Below are positions 53,001-64,000 of a stretch of 64,000 nt of DNA, one piece after another. Numbering within the stretch: position 1 is the first letter of the stretch; each line of letters begins with the position of its first letter. This DNA is from Balanoglossus misakiensis (lineage: Eukaryota; Animalia; Hemichordata). The DNA lies in NCBI GenBank assembly GCA_040954595.2, contig CM082579.2:7181625-7245624 (forward strand), read 5' to 3'. The notes beneath the pieces were generated by a model. It worked only from the letters and a program-made list of their open reading frames with translations, made no database searches and was not told the origin of the DNA. Made by a program: the position numbers and the translations under genes.

Positions 53001-56000
53001 CCATCTATTCTCGTGCTCTAAATATTTGAAAGGTGAACTGAACAACCACCGGAGCAGGCATGAATATTTTACAGTCGAGGGATATGACCTCACGCAGGAG
53101 ATGTTATAAAAAAAATATGATGAAAGGAAAACCTTTTTACCTCTAGGTGAGCATCTGCTACATAGCATAAGCACATAAAAAACAGAGCTTCAATTATTAA
53201 ATAGATCACCAAATGAACATGTAGCATACTTTGTGAGGGGGAAATATCATCTGGTATGACATTCAATTTTATATTGTCACCACTGGCCAGATAACAAACA
53301 TTATTATACACCTACTGCTGTAACCTATGGAGTTCCGTAATACAATAATTCGCGGTATCACCGTCCAATAATTATTCAAATGAGGACGCGGAGTCCCATA
53401 ACCCACAGGGTTATTGGACGCATATTTGACCTTTGACCTCACAGCTGTCTGATGTAAACAATGATAATATTGCACCCTACTCTCACAAAAAATTATATAA
53501 AAAGTACACAGTCGTTATTAAACAAAATTATTGGTGGCCCAAGATGCGAAATAAGTCAAAATCTTCGATGAAATTTCAGTCGAAGGAATGTGTGAACGAA
53601 CAGGCGAGCGCGTTCATCCCTGCAGCGTAGAACGTCGCGCGCGAGACATGGGCAGCTCGACACTAGCATCACCTGATGCGCGAGGTGAAGGCGCGTTCGA
53701 TATGCAAATTACATCATGGCGGCGTCTGAAAACTAGAAAGTCCGATAGCGGCCTATTTATTCTTTATCGTTCATCAAGGACGTCCGGAAAAGGTGTATAA
53801 TAATAAGGTTATTCACAAAATACCGGGATTTATGTCCTCGTACATCGTACGCTTCGGTATTGTCCTCGACGTTGCGCGTCTCGGACAATACCTGCGCTGC
53901 ACGATGTACTCGGACATAAATCCCGGTATTTTGTGAATAACCTTATATTAACAGTGAGAATATAGTCCCCTTTCTATTAATTGTTACAAATTTTGCAAAC
54001 TGAAGAGTCTGTGAATGGCGGATTATAAACTGTTAAATGCAGTGCACAGTCACAGTTTTTGACATATTATGGTCACTTTTACTTCATTGAGAAGGTATTT
54101 ATTTTTGTTCTATGAATTGAAGCATGATAAATGGTCGATTGTTAAGAGTTCAACTTTTCTTGTTTATATGGAAAATAAGCCATGTGGTGTCAGAAATGAA
54201 TGTAAAAATATATTGTGATGTTGAAAAGGAATGTTGTCAAAAGACATGTCCCCACCCAGTACATTAGAGACTGCCAGCAAATGTCTCAGTAGCAACATAC
54301 ATATAATGGAGCTGTCACGTTCAGGTTACAGTGAATATTAAACAACCAATGCCGAAATTGTTCCTGTATCTTCGGGTTGCTATGCCAACTTTTGTCCACT
54401 TGTCAGTTTCACCTCTTAATAAATTCATAATAATTTCATTTGATGAGTTTGGTTTTTGTCCGAAGTGACAGCAAAGTGGTGAACCAGACCTGCCCTATTT
54501 TTATTACTTTATCATTTGTATGTGCATTGTGTGGTATTATGTTATGTCCTAGAAAACGTTGAAAGAAAAGCAGTTTATGGAAATACAATATGTAGAAATA
54601 TGACCACCTTAAATCCTCCTTGAGATTTGATATGCATAATTGTGCCTAGATATTAAGGTGGTTCTAATATTTCAACCAGTTGTCAAAACGCAAGAATTGG
54701 TTGATAGAGAGGATTTTTAAACGTTTTTGACTGCAACATAATAAATTCCTTTGTAAAAAAAAAATTCAAATGAGAAATTGTTTATTTTGAAGTGATTATC
54801 ATTATAGAAAGATTCCTCATATCTATGCCTGTGCTATGTTGCTTGAAATATTATGTCAAAGACTATGAATAAGCGAATATTCATATTTGTATTGTTGTAC
54901 GTGTGTGACGTGAGAACATAAGATAGTATCCCTTAGGCACCCGCTGAATATGGCCACAATTTCATTTAGCTATCAATCACATCTGCACCTTCAGAATGAG
55001 ATTGTTGCAAACAAATTTATGATGATGATCATCAAATCTGAAAAACATGACTCATACCGAGCGTTGGCCCTCAGGTGGCTCTCTTGGAGATTTTGCCACG
55101 CTGCGACATTGTCAATTTCAATTCCATTCATCCAAAACTATGCTCATTTGTTGCCGTAGCAACCACTGTTCCTTCATTATGTACATATTAGCTAATACAA
55201 AAGGATTAAGATAGCATTTGAATCACAAAGCATGGTTTCCCAGGCTAACGTCGATTGCCAATTAAGATTTCAAAAATACACAAAATCATTTGAGCGGTGG
55301 ACTTCAAGTGCATTTAATACGTCGGGTTTCAATGGGAAAATACATTGAAGTCACACATATTGATATTGATTATGCAAGATTTTATGAGTATTGATTTTTG
55401 TGCCACCAAATGCCATGTGACTACAATGTATTACAAAACTTGCATTGTAATATCAGAAATGCTAAAAATTCTAAATTATAGTGATTTCTCCAGTTCCAGA
55501 TATCACCTTACGGTACAGATCAACTGTACTTTTCCTACTAACTGATGTGCTGATGAGATTTGACAGGGAGAAGCTAATTTTGCTAACCCTGGGCTGACCC
55601 AGTTGGAAACTAGTCTCTGATCTGGCTGTTCTGTAAATAATTTGTTATCAATGAGTAAAAGTCTTTACAGTCAAAACTAAGAGAGCATGTGGTATACACA
55701 ATAATATATCTGCATCATAATCCACTGTTTCCGTCAATAGTATTTAATAATAAGTTGATTTTTGTACAGGTTGAGAAAATAGAGTCAATCCCTATGTGGC
55801 AGATTGTATTGAGGTTGTGGGTGCACTTCAGAGCTGTGGTGTACCGGTATATCGCGTGTACATGTATGTGTGTCAAGGTTTTTGGATGTCGACCCTGTAC
55901 TATGATAATGACAAGCGAAAGCGTATCATAGAGAAATCACAAAATGGCAGTGATTTTCAATGACTCAATCATTCCAATGATAGAGTTCAAGCAGAATTAG

Positions 56001-59000
56001 TACTTGTAGTATAGAAGGGATTCATAGCCAAATATTTCTTCAAAGGAATAAATTTGTATCAGCTTTTCCTTCCCAACTGAAAACCTTCATATAACATAAT
56101 GAAATGAATTCATGGAAAATGTGGTATTTGATTTATTTGCAGGTGACATGTCTTCAAGATTTCTTCAAGGAGGAAGATGTTTTCATAGCATATGGGCCAG
56201 AGAAATATTCCCACGATGATTTTGACCTTGATAATGATGGTAAGTAAAGTGCCAGCTGGTAAAAACATATTATCATCATCTGTAGCTGCACAGTTACTGC
56301 GGATGATTCTGAAATTTCCTGATTTCTGTGGCAAACGTGTATTTTTTGAGCGGCTACCTTTAAAGTCGTATTTCCGCAGGCTCTGCAGGTAAAAAAAATC
56401 CAGGTTATTTTTTGCCCAAGAACCATTGATGATATCCTGCCTGAGTGTAGTCATGGCGATCTTGTTCCCACAGAAGTTGACCAATTAGGGAAGGTTTTGG
56501 TGTCAAGATTAGCATTGCCGCTCAGATGTACCCATAGCAGATTTTCAGTATTCAACAATGTTAGGACTTATTTCTTGCAAGCTGTCATTTCCGAAATGTC
56601 AGAGTTGACCGAGGCATGGCTCACATAAACCGGTAGCAAGTAGACATGGTATTACTCCAATTAGTTGGTTTTGTAGACTAAAGCAAGATCAGTAGACGAG
56701 TTTATTGAACTATATCATATTAATATACTTCGCAGACCCATTATTTAAAGAACATGCATGTTTACATTAAAGGTTGTGGATGAAAATTATAGCAGTGCTG
56801 TCGATGCAAGCAGTAAAATATACAAGACACACACATAAAATATAATAACTCTTTGTTTTATTTTAAGATTTCTTAATTTGATAGCAGATATGAATATAAA
56901 TTCACCAGCTAGCAGTGAATCAGAATAAAAAAAAAAGTGGGACAGGTCGATTGGATAAATTTCCTCATTAAAATGAATATAGGAAAAACAGAACATGTGT
57001 ACATGTACTTTAAGCAGATTAGCAGAGATGGCTAAATCTGTGATTACCCACAATACACTGCGGGTAGAGTTTCATGACATGTGTGTTTGCAGTGAGATTT
57101 CATAGTTTACGCAGAATTCTCATTTATGCTTTAATGCGATGTATCTACCTTATCGATATATATAAATTGGTACTTTGTACTGCATGGATGCAAGAAGAAA
57201 AGACTGAATAGAATCTAAAAAAATTATATATCAATAAGCTCTTTTCTGTGTTTTTGGAGTAGGCACTTTCATTATGCAGATCTGCTTATCTGCCTGACTT
57301 TTAGCGATAATAGCATTGATGAGACAGAAAATACACTTGAGAGAATACTGAGAATAAAGCCGGCAGACGTCACAGCCGATGATTCAATCTATTTGCAAAC
57401 TAACGCAATTTCCAGCCTCACTGATAGCCTACATGGTTGCATTTTTCCCCAGTTCATTTCAGTCGGAATTCAATTTCAAGCGGTGCATACTGAAAACGGT
57501 CAAATGTTACTGAGATCACCTGGTCAAGTGGCGGCCGTCACTTATTAAAGTGATGGACTAGCTGTTAGCCCAATACTAGTGCACTGCATTTCTTGCTGTG
57601 CAGTTACTGATGGGACATTAAATGTAATCAGGTTGTATATCTGCTTCATTAAGTGAGCTCTGTAAAGCATGGACTTGGTATCACGCAAACAGCAAACCTC
57701 ATCCCAAAGACTCATTGATTGACACGAAATACATTTCTAAAGTAAATAAGGAATCGCATGTTTAATTTCACAAGTATATTTGAAGAGATGCAGGTTGTGA
57801 CCTGTCACCATGGCAACCTGCACCCGTTACCAGGGATATCGGTGACATGACAAGGTGTCGTTAATTCCCCAGTGCAAGCTGTTCACAGTATACCATTCCA
57901 AAACATCATTTTCTGATAATGTCATAGGTATCTGATATACCGCTGTGATGTTGTTATGGGGTGAAAACAAACTGAAACTGTGGTGTGTGTTGAGTGAAGT
58001 GGGCTGGAGCATGGTTTTGTAGTTGCAGGGTGCCAACAACTGATGAAGCATGTATGGTTGTTATTAATGTGCTGAAAACTCTGGCAATTATAGTTCGTAT
58101 AGTAATATACCAAAGTTCTCATGTCACACGGCCTCCATAATCTACATGTAGTAATACCAGCAAACTACCAATAATTTCTGGTGTGCACCATAAATTGTGC
58201 CCGTTTCGCCTCTTTAATATAATTTCTCTTCTTTCTTGTGTTCTGCAGAGTGCAAGACGGTGACACCATATCGAGCTTCTCCAAGACGCAGTAAACGTGT
58301 TTTGCTGAAGAGTCCTGCATCAGTAAGAAGAAAACTCAGCCAAGGGTCTACCTCTGAAGGTTTGTATACTCATTCTGCAAGAGTCTCATGCCTTGCGTTA
58401 ATTGTATCATGATAAAATTGTCACTGTACAGTACTGAAACTTGAACTTTTTGCAAATTCAAGAAAAAACCCTGATATTTTGTGTTAGTATACAGAAAAGG
58501 AGAGATTTGTAAACAGGGACAGTTACCAATGCAAATCTGAAGTACTCAACTAACTCAAACAAACTGCCTGACACAGTTACACTAATATTTACCCACGTCA
58601 GTCACCATACCCATTGCCTGTTCACAATAATCATGAATGTTGCATTCACTTCAGAGGATCTCAAAGCCAGGAATAACTCCTTGTTTAGTCTCTGCAGTAG
58701 TCAAACGTTACTACAATCCCCGTGGCCATTAACTCAGAGAGTTAATGTGTAAATGCTAGCTCGGTTTTAGCCCAGGGCCGATGAATAAACTTGCCTGGTT
58801 CTTGGTAAACAGCCGAACGCTGACAGCTCGATTACTTTGCCATGAAATGTATAGTTGCAGGGGTCTCTGTATCTGGGGAGATTTCATTTGAATGTTCGCA
58901 TGTCTCTGTTGGAATTGACTGAAGTGTTCTGTGTGAGTCATTCTGACTCTGTTGATTGACAGGAGCTTCTGAATAGACTATACATACAGTCCCTCTGACA

Positions 59001-60233
59001 CATTTTACTTGCAATTATATGTTGCATTTGGGAATCTACTCGTATTTCAGTAAAGGTATCCTCGACATCGTCACCAAGTCTTTTTGATGTACTGTGCCAC
59101 CAATAAAATCAAACAAAAGAGGTGTACTTCTCGTCACGACAATGATGAGCTGAACATTTTAACAAATTATTTCTTAAACGTAGTAACACTTTATGCCATG
59201 AAGACTAACACTATAAAGGTGAATATGTGTCAGGTTACCATAATACATGTACATCTGTCCAGAATGACTTGAAAGAGAATGCTGTAGATACGTATAGTGA
59301 GCAAGTTAGTGATCGCCATACACTCTTCCTTTGACAGTGTTTCTTCCTGCCAAAATGAATCATTTTCGTTTTAAGCTGAACAAAGAAATGGGTGTTCCCA
59401 CTTTAAAGGAGGCCACTTGACTTGTGAGATATTGGTACAAAATAACATTTATTTAACAATGTGAAAGCAAAATTGTGTAAAGTCTGAATCCCGTAAAATC
59501 TCTTCCATCATAATTGGTATACTATGTGAATTCTCATATTGGACTTTTTTTTCTGTCCTGTCCTGTAACTTTTTGGTGCATACTGTTTGATTTTTTGCAG
59601 CCAATAGCATCAATGGCAACCACAGTTCTGTCCAATCACCACGTCGTATTCCACCACGGTCGCCCAAAACAGGCCGAGCAGCATTGTCCACATCACCCAA
59701 AAAGGTAAACACGAAAGGCCAACTTTGAAATCTCATTCATGGTTTTTGGAAAGTTGGTAATTGAGTATTTACTACAAACCAAAGAAATCCCGTGTGAAAA
59801 TTAGCATAAAAATGGATTTTTCATTTTGAGATGTTGTTCCTTTTATGTTAAGAAATCAAAAGTCAAAACATAAAGTACAAACGTAATTTGAAATCTTAAT
59901 TATTTTTTTCTTCAAATTATTTCTTCAATGCAGTCTCCATCAAGGTCCAGCTCAGCCAGCAGTAACACCAGTGACCATGGTAAGTTGTTGGACCAAAAGA
60001 ACGATCATTATAAAATAGCAGCCAATGGTTGCGTGTTGATCACACCTCACTGTAAAAAATGTGACTCTACAATATTTCTTTGGTTGTTTTATATTTATTT
60101 CATCGCGGACATTTTTTCCTGTTTTTTTTTTTACAGCAACCAATGGAGTTCCGAGTGCAATCAGTGACAAGTACGATGTCGGGAAGACTATCGGAGATGG
60201 TAACTTTGCTGTTGTGAAAGAATGCGTAGACAG
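38096..60233 (+). CDS. DCLK1: doublecortin-like serine/threonine kinase (DCLK1/2 family), 3'-partial
   Basis: Exons 38096-38860 (DCX1: [47 protein letters not shown]; start of DCX2: [53 protein letters not shown]), 56143-56239 ([21 protein letters not shown]), 58249-58359, 59601-59704, 59934-59979 (Ser/Pro-rich), 60137-60233 (kinase subdomain I: [22 protein letters not shown]). All phases are compatible. The rest of the kinase is not found in the window. The paralog symbol is nominal. Confidence 0.95.
43478..44280. mobile_element. Tourist-like (PIF/Harbinger) MITE, 803 bp
   Basis: 43-bp terminal inverted repeats (ggctgcattcacaaacacctctggagggggggg cgggagaatt at 43478-43520 versus 44238-44280, one mismatch); TAA target duplication at 43475-43477 and 44281-44283; subterminal aaatccccccc repeats; internal ~60-bp direct repeat at ~43811 and ~44042; no ORF. 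Confidence 0.9.
53300..53950. mobile_element. non-autonomous element with 14-bp asymmetric inverted repeat and 144-bp terminal hairpin (Helentron/HINE-like layout)
   Basis: attattatacacct (53300-53313) is the reverse complement of aggtgtataataat (53791-53804); palindrome 53803-53946 with a perfect 35-bp outer stem; CpG-rich interior inside an AT-rich intron. Confidence 0.65.
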
Positions 60234-60665
60234 GTGATCACGATATGCAAATCTTTTTTTGCACCTGATGACCCTTGACCTTCAACCCTTACATGACCTC
60301 CACCCATACCCTCAATCAGCGTGAAATATGAATTTACATATTATTTCTGGTTTATGTTTATTGATAAAATTTTCAAATCGTTTGAGTGAGAATATACGGT
60401 ATGTTTCGAGTATATTGTCTCAATGACATTGTTAATAATGCAAATCCAATTTTAAGCCTATAGTTTGGTTTGAATCAAGATGTCTATTTTTGGAAACAGT
60501 GTTTTTGGGAGATAGTTGCAATAGAAAAGTGTGTGAATGAAATTTTGTAGCATCAATTTTCTATCCTGCCCGAGAGTTTGATCCCGAGCTGAACGAATTT
60601 TAGTTCTCCAGCCAGACTTTAATTTATTTAAAAATTATTTTGCTTTCTTATGTTTCATTTTGTTT

Positions 60666-60740
60666 AAACCCTTTCACCCCAGTTCCCTTTCAACCTAATA
60701 CCATAGAAAACAAGGGTTTGGGCTGTGGTGAAGGGGTTAA
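60666..60740. repeat. tiny inverted-repeat element with CCCTTTCACCCC ends and a TTAA-like flank (piggyBac-like MITE remnant)
   Basis: aaccctttcaccccag ... ctgtggtgaaggggttaa; related ends at ~5027-5084, ~12249-12298 and ~62219. Confidence 0.45.
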
Positions 60741-63700
60741 GATATATTATTTTATTACAAAAGGAGGTAGTGTTAAAATAGTTGTATATTTTTGTTATCT
60801 GCTGTATCATATTTGCTTTGGTTGAGTGTCTTTATTTTTTTTTTGGGGGGGGGGGCAATTAACTGACAGCGTTGTATAATTTGTATCAGTACTAAATATT
60901 GTGTTTGTAATAGTGCAGGTGTCTGAGGTAGCTTGATGTATTTTTTGCAATATGCCATGATCCGTCCAATCAGTGTGTTTTGCTCATGATATTTTTCCAG
61001 CTTCTATAGTTTGCAGTATATTATAACCCGACCAATCATTGTGTTTTTGCTTGAGATATTATTACTGAGGAAAAATACAACTTCCATCCAGTGTGATTGT
61101 TTTCGTACAATCTTTTAATAATCAACCACATTTTGAGCTGTTTTCTATTTATCCCATTTCCTGAAATCACAGAAATTCCAAACTTTGAAGTGTGTGATAA
61201 TGAAATAAGAGCAAGTAGGATACATTTTGTATTCTCACAGAAAACTTTCCCACATTACATTACATAACATTTACAATAATTGTTTGCGATGTTTTTATAC
61301 AGGTTATGGCTTTATCTGTAATCATCTAGGATGAGAATCAATGAAATTTGACAAATTTTTAATTCCAAATGAGATAATTATTGAGTAACCAAAAAATAAC
61401 TATGAACACAAAATGCCAAACATTTTCTTTGTGTGAGGGATGTTGTAATAAGCTTAGTTGTGATTTATCCCTGTATGACTGTTCTACACTGATGCATATG
61501 GCGGCCATTTTGGGTAATCCCAGATCAGTATAAAATTTGTGCTGATCGTTTGTGACAGACGACTGCTGGTGTGCAGAGTGAGTCATTCAGACAGCAACTT
61601 CGGTCCAGCAGAGATATGTTTTAGCCAAATCATGTAACAATTTCAAAAGTGGGGTATGTGCTTATGAATCCAATCTTCTGGGCATTGCCTTTTAAAAAGG
61701 AGACCATATTTACAGGTATGAAATTGAACAGTTCTTAGTTGTAATTGAGAAAAGGTTTACATGCTCCAACATAAAAGGATAGTTGGTATATGCAGATTTC
61801 ACAGCTGTCTGAGTGGTTTAAATTTATTTTTGTTCATGTGAATGTGACAGATTCTTCACTACATTTTGATATCCATATCTGATTAATAACGATTATAAAC
61901 TTTATAGGTTAAATGCTATGAATACCATTTATCAAAAAAAACTAAAAACCCGTAAGGTTAAATACTTCTACAGGCAGAATTTTCAGTGGTTAACACAAGA
62001 CGATATTGATTCCTTTAAGTTCATCAAATCAATGAATTGATTTGATTTTGTCTGTGTCTTCTTTCATGATTCCACAATCATGTCTCTCTTTTTTCTCTGT
62101 GGTCTCCGGGTATCAGTACACAAAGGTGATGGACTCTCCCTGCCAATAATAGAGTAATTTTCTCGATGACTTTACCCTAAATGTAATTCTTTGCTGCTCT
62201 GTGAAATGACTCACTGGACCCTTTCACCCCTTAACATAATGAAATGTACTGACCCATGACAGAAGATAAAGTAGGTGATTCCAAACGACTAATTTGCTAC
62301 GTGACAAAGTTGTAAGGTGGCATCTTTCACTCCGGGAAATCAAGATGTTTGATAAAAAGTCTATCAATAGAAAAATTAATTTTGAGAGGTTGCAGTGGGA
62401 CTGTTTCTATCTATCAAGAGCCATAACTTTTAAAGCTTTTTTTCTTGGCAATTAAGGCATATGAGAATCCAGTAGACAAAGTCTCAAATGTTTAAAATTT
62501 AAACAAAAAATATTGCCTGTTTGATGAGCCAAAGCATGGCACATATTAGGGATAAAGTAACATTTATGTGTGAAAACCTTGAAATATGTTATACAAATTC
62601 CTTTAGAAACAGATAATATACATTTTGTACCATAAATGGCAAATTGGAACAGATTATGAAATTTTGAAAAAATGACATTTTTAAATGGTACAAATCATGT
62701 CTAAGCACTTGTATGTACAAATACACATACACACACACTGCATGTGTAAAAGAGTACATTTATTCATTCATTTTTCCGTTTACATGTATTCTAAAGACCT
62801 CATCCTATTCCATGGTTCAGTTTGTTCCACACTATACATGTATGTTTATAGTGCATTTGCAATTCTGAAATGCAGGCCAGAATATTAATCTTTAAACCAC
62901 AGCATGTATCTAAAGCACATTTTCTTGTCACCACTAATTTCATTTTGTCGATTCTATTCACCATTTCCTCCCCTTTCCCATTCTGCACTCTCCCCTCGTA
63001 ATTCAACATCCAACAGTGTCAACCATATCCCCTTTTGTAGTGTATCGACAACCCTTTTTGTCATGGTAATTGCCAGCCTCATTTCCTCAAACCTCTATTT
63101 TTTTTTCTATTTTCAAACTCCGTAATTACATGCATTATCTTATTTCCTGTTCTGAAAAAAAACTATGGTTCATGGGAAGTAAAGAGCATATTAATGTCTG
63201 TCATTTTTTTTTTGCTTGCGAGTTGTTACAGTACTTCTGAATTCTAACTGGCTGTGACCCTTGACCCCTGGGTCAGTCAGTTCAGCACATTATTTTTTGT
63301 TTGACAGTAATGTCAGTTTACATTTAGAAGTTTGATTTTTGAGTATGTATTTATTTAGCATGTATTTATTATTTTTGTCTGATTATAGTGTTGTGTGTGT
63401 CTATTTATGATTTGACAATTGTTCCTTTAATAATATTTAAATATTGCACAGTGGATCGTGGATGTAAATTTGTGCATTGCATGATAGTATATTATAATAA
63501 AATATTTTTTTTTTCATTTATTTTGCATGAGTTCTTGTATGTTTATTGTTTATTCTTTCCTCCAGTCATACCCATAATTCCCCCTAATGCATGATACCAT
63601 TATATAGTTACATGTTTATATCATTCTCACATTTCTTTCACATAGTTTTCTTCAAACAGTAGTGCAAAGTATTCTTGTTTATTTACCATCTCATGTCAAC

Positions 63701-64000
63701 ATTTTAGCTGCCTTAAATAGGTTTGTACTTCGTGCTAGGGGGTCAAATCACATTATAATAATTGCATTCTGGGTAAAAGGTCGACAACTCCGTAGTAAGA
63801 GATAGTATTTCATGACTTCCTTTGGTCAAACCCATCATCGTGCCCTCTCAGTCACAGACAAGGTGCCTCAATTATTCAAACAACAGGTGATAAAATTTCT
63901 ATCTCTGGTTTGTTAGGTTGAGGAGACTTTAAGAGCCCCTTATGTGTAACTCTGGAATATGTGTGTCTTGTAGTATCAGAATAGGTTGTATATTAGAACT

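Noticed and set aside
53803-53946. Hairpin as a pre-miRNA
   Set aside because: It is embedded in a repeat-like element with a matching distal inverted repeat, and the mismatch pattern fits a DNA structure better. Small-RNA data would be needed to exclude it fully.
38861-56142. Nested gene or autonomous transposon in the 17.3-kb DCLK intron
   Set aside because: Only short ORFs, with no transposase, reverse transcriptase or other domain recognised. Small nested exons cannot be excluded by eye.

Overview
Eukaryotic (metazoan) genomic DNA: AT-rich, intron-rich, and with a gene and repeat style suggesting a marine invertebrate deuterostome (taxon is an inference). It holds four tandem + strand protein-coding genes, reconstructed by hand from splice sites and reading frame. 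(1) The 3' part of a GRAF-family RhoGAP (BAR-PH-RhoGAP-SH3), exons 312-10009. (2) A complete NEIL3 DNA glycosylase, 13449-16730, 9 exons, 547 aa. (3) An MGA-like MAX-network factor of about 3567 aa, 22801-34397, with no T-box, a ~9 kb exon and a GC-AG intron splitting the bHLH-Zip. (4) The 5' part of a doublecortin-like kinase, 38096 to beyond 60233, with a 17.3 kb intron. Non-coding features include a Tourist/PIF-type MITE, two elements with long mismatched hairpins, microsatellites and motif clusters (E-box, X-box, AP-1). The most interesting observations are a cluster of histone H3K9/G9a-GLP mimic motifs at the N-terminus of the T-box-less MGA, hairpin elements whose mismatches read as tandem G.A pairs on one DNA strand, a GC-donor switch controlling the MGA dimerisation domain, and a candidate kinase-less terminal exon in DCLK. 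All homology calls are from motif recognition; no searches were run.
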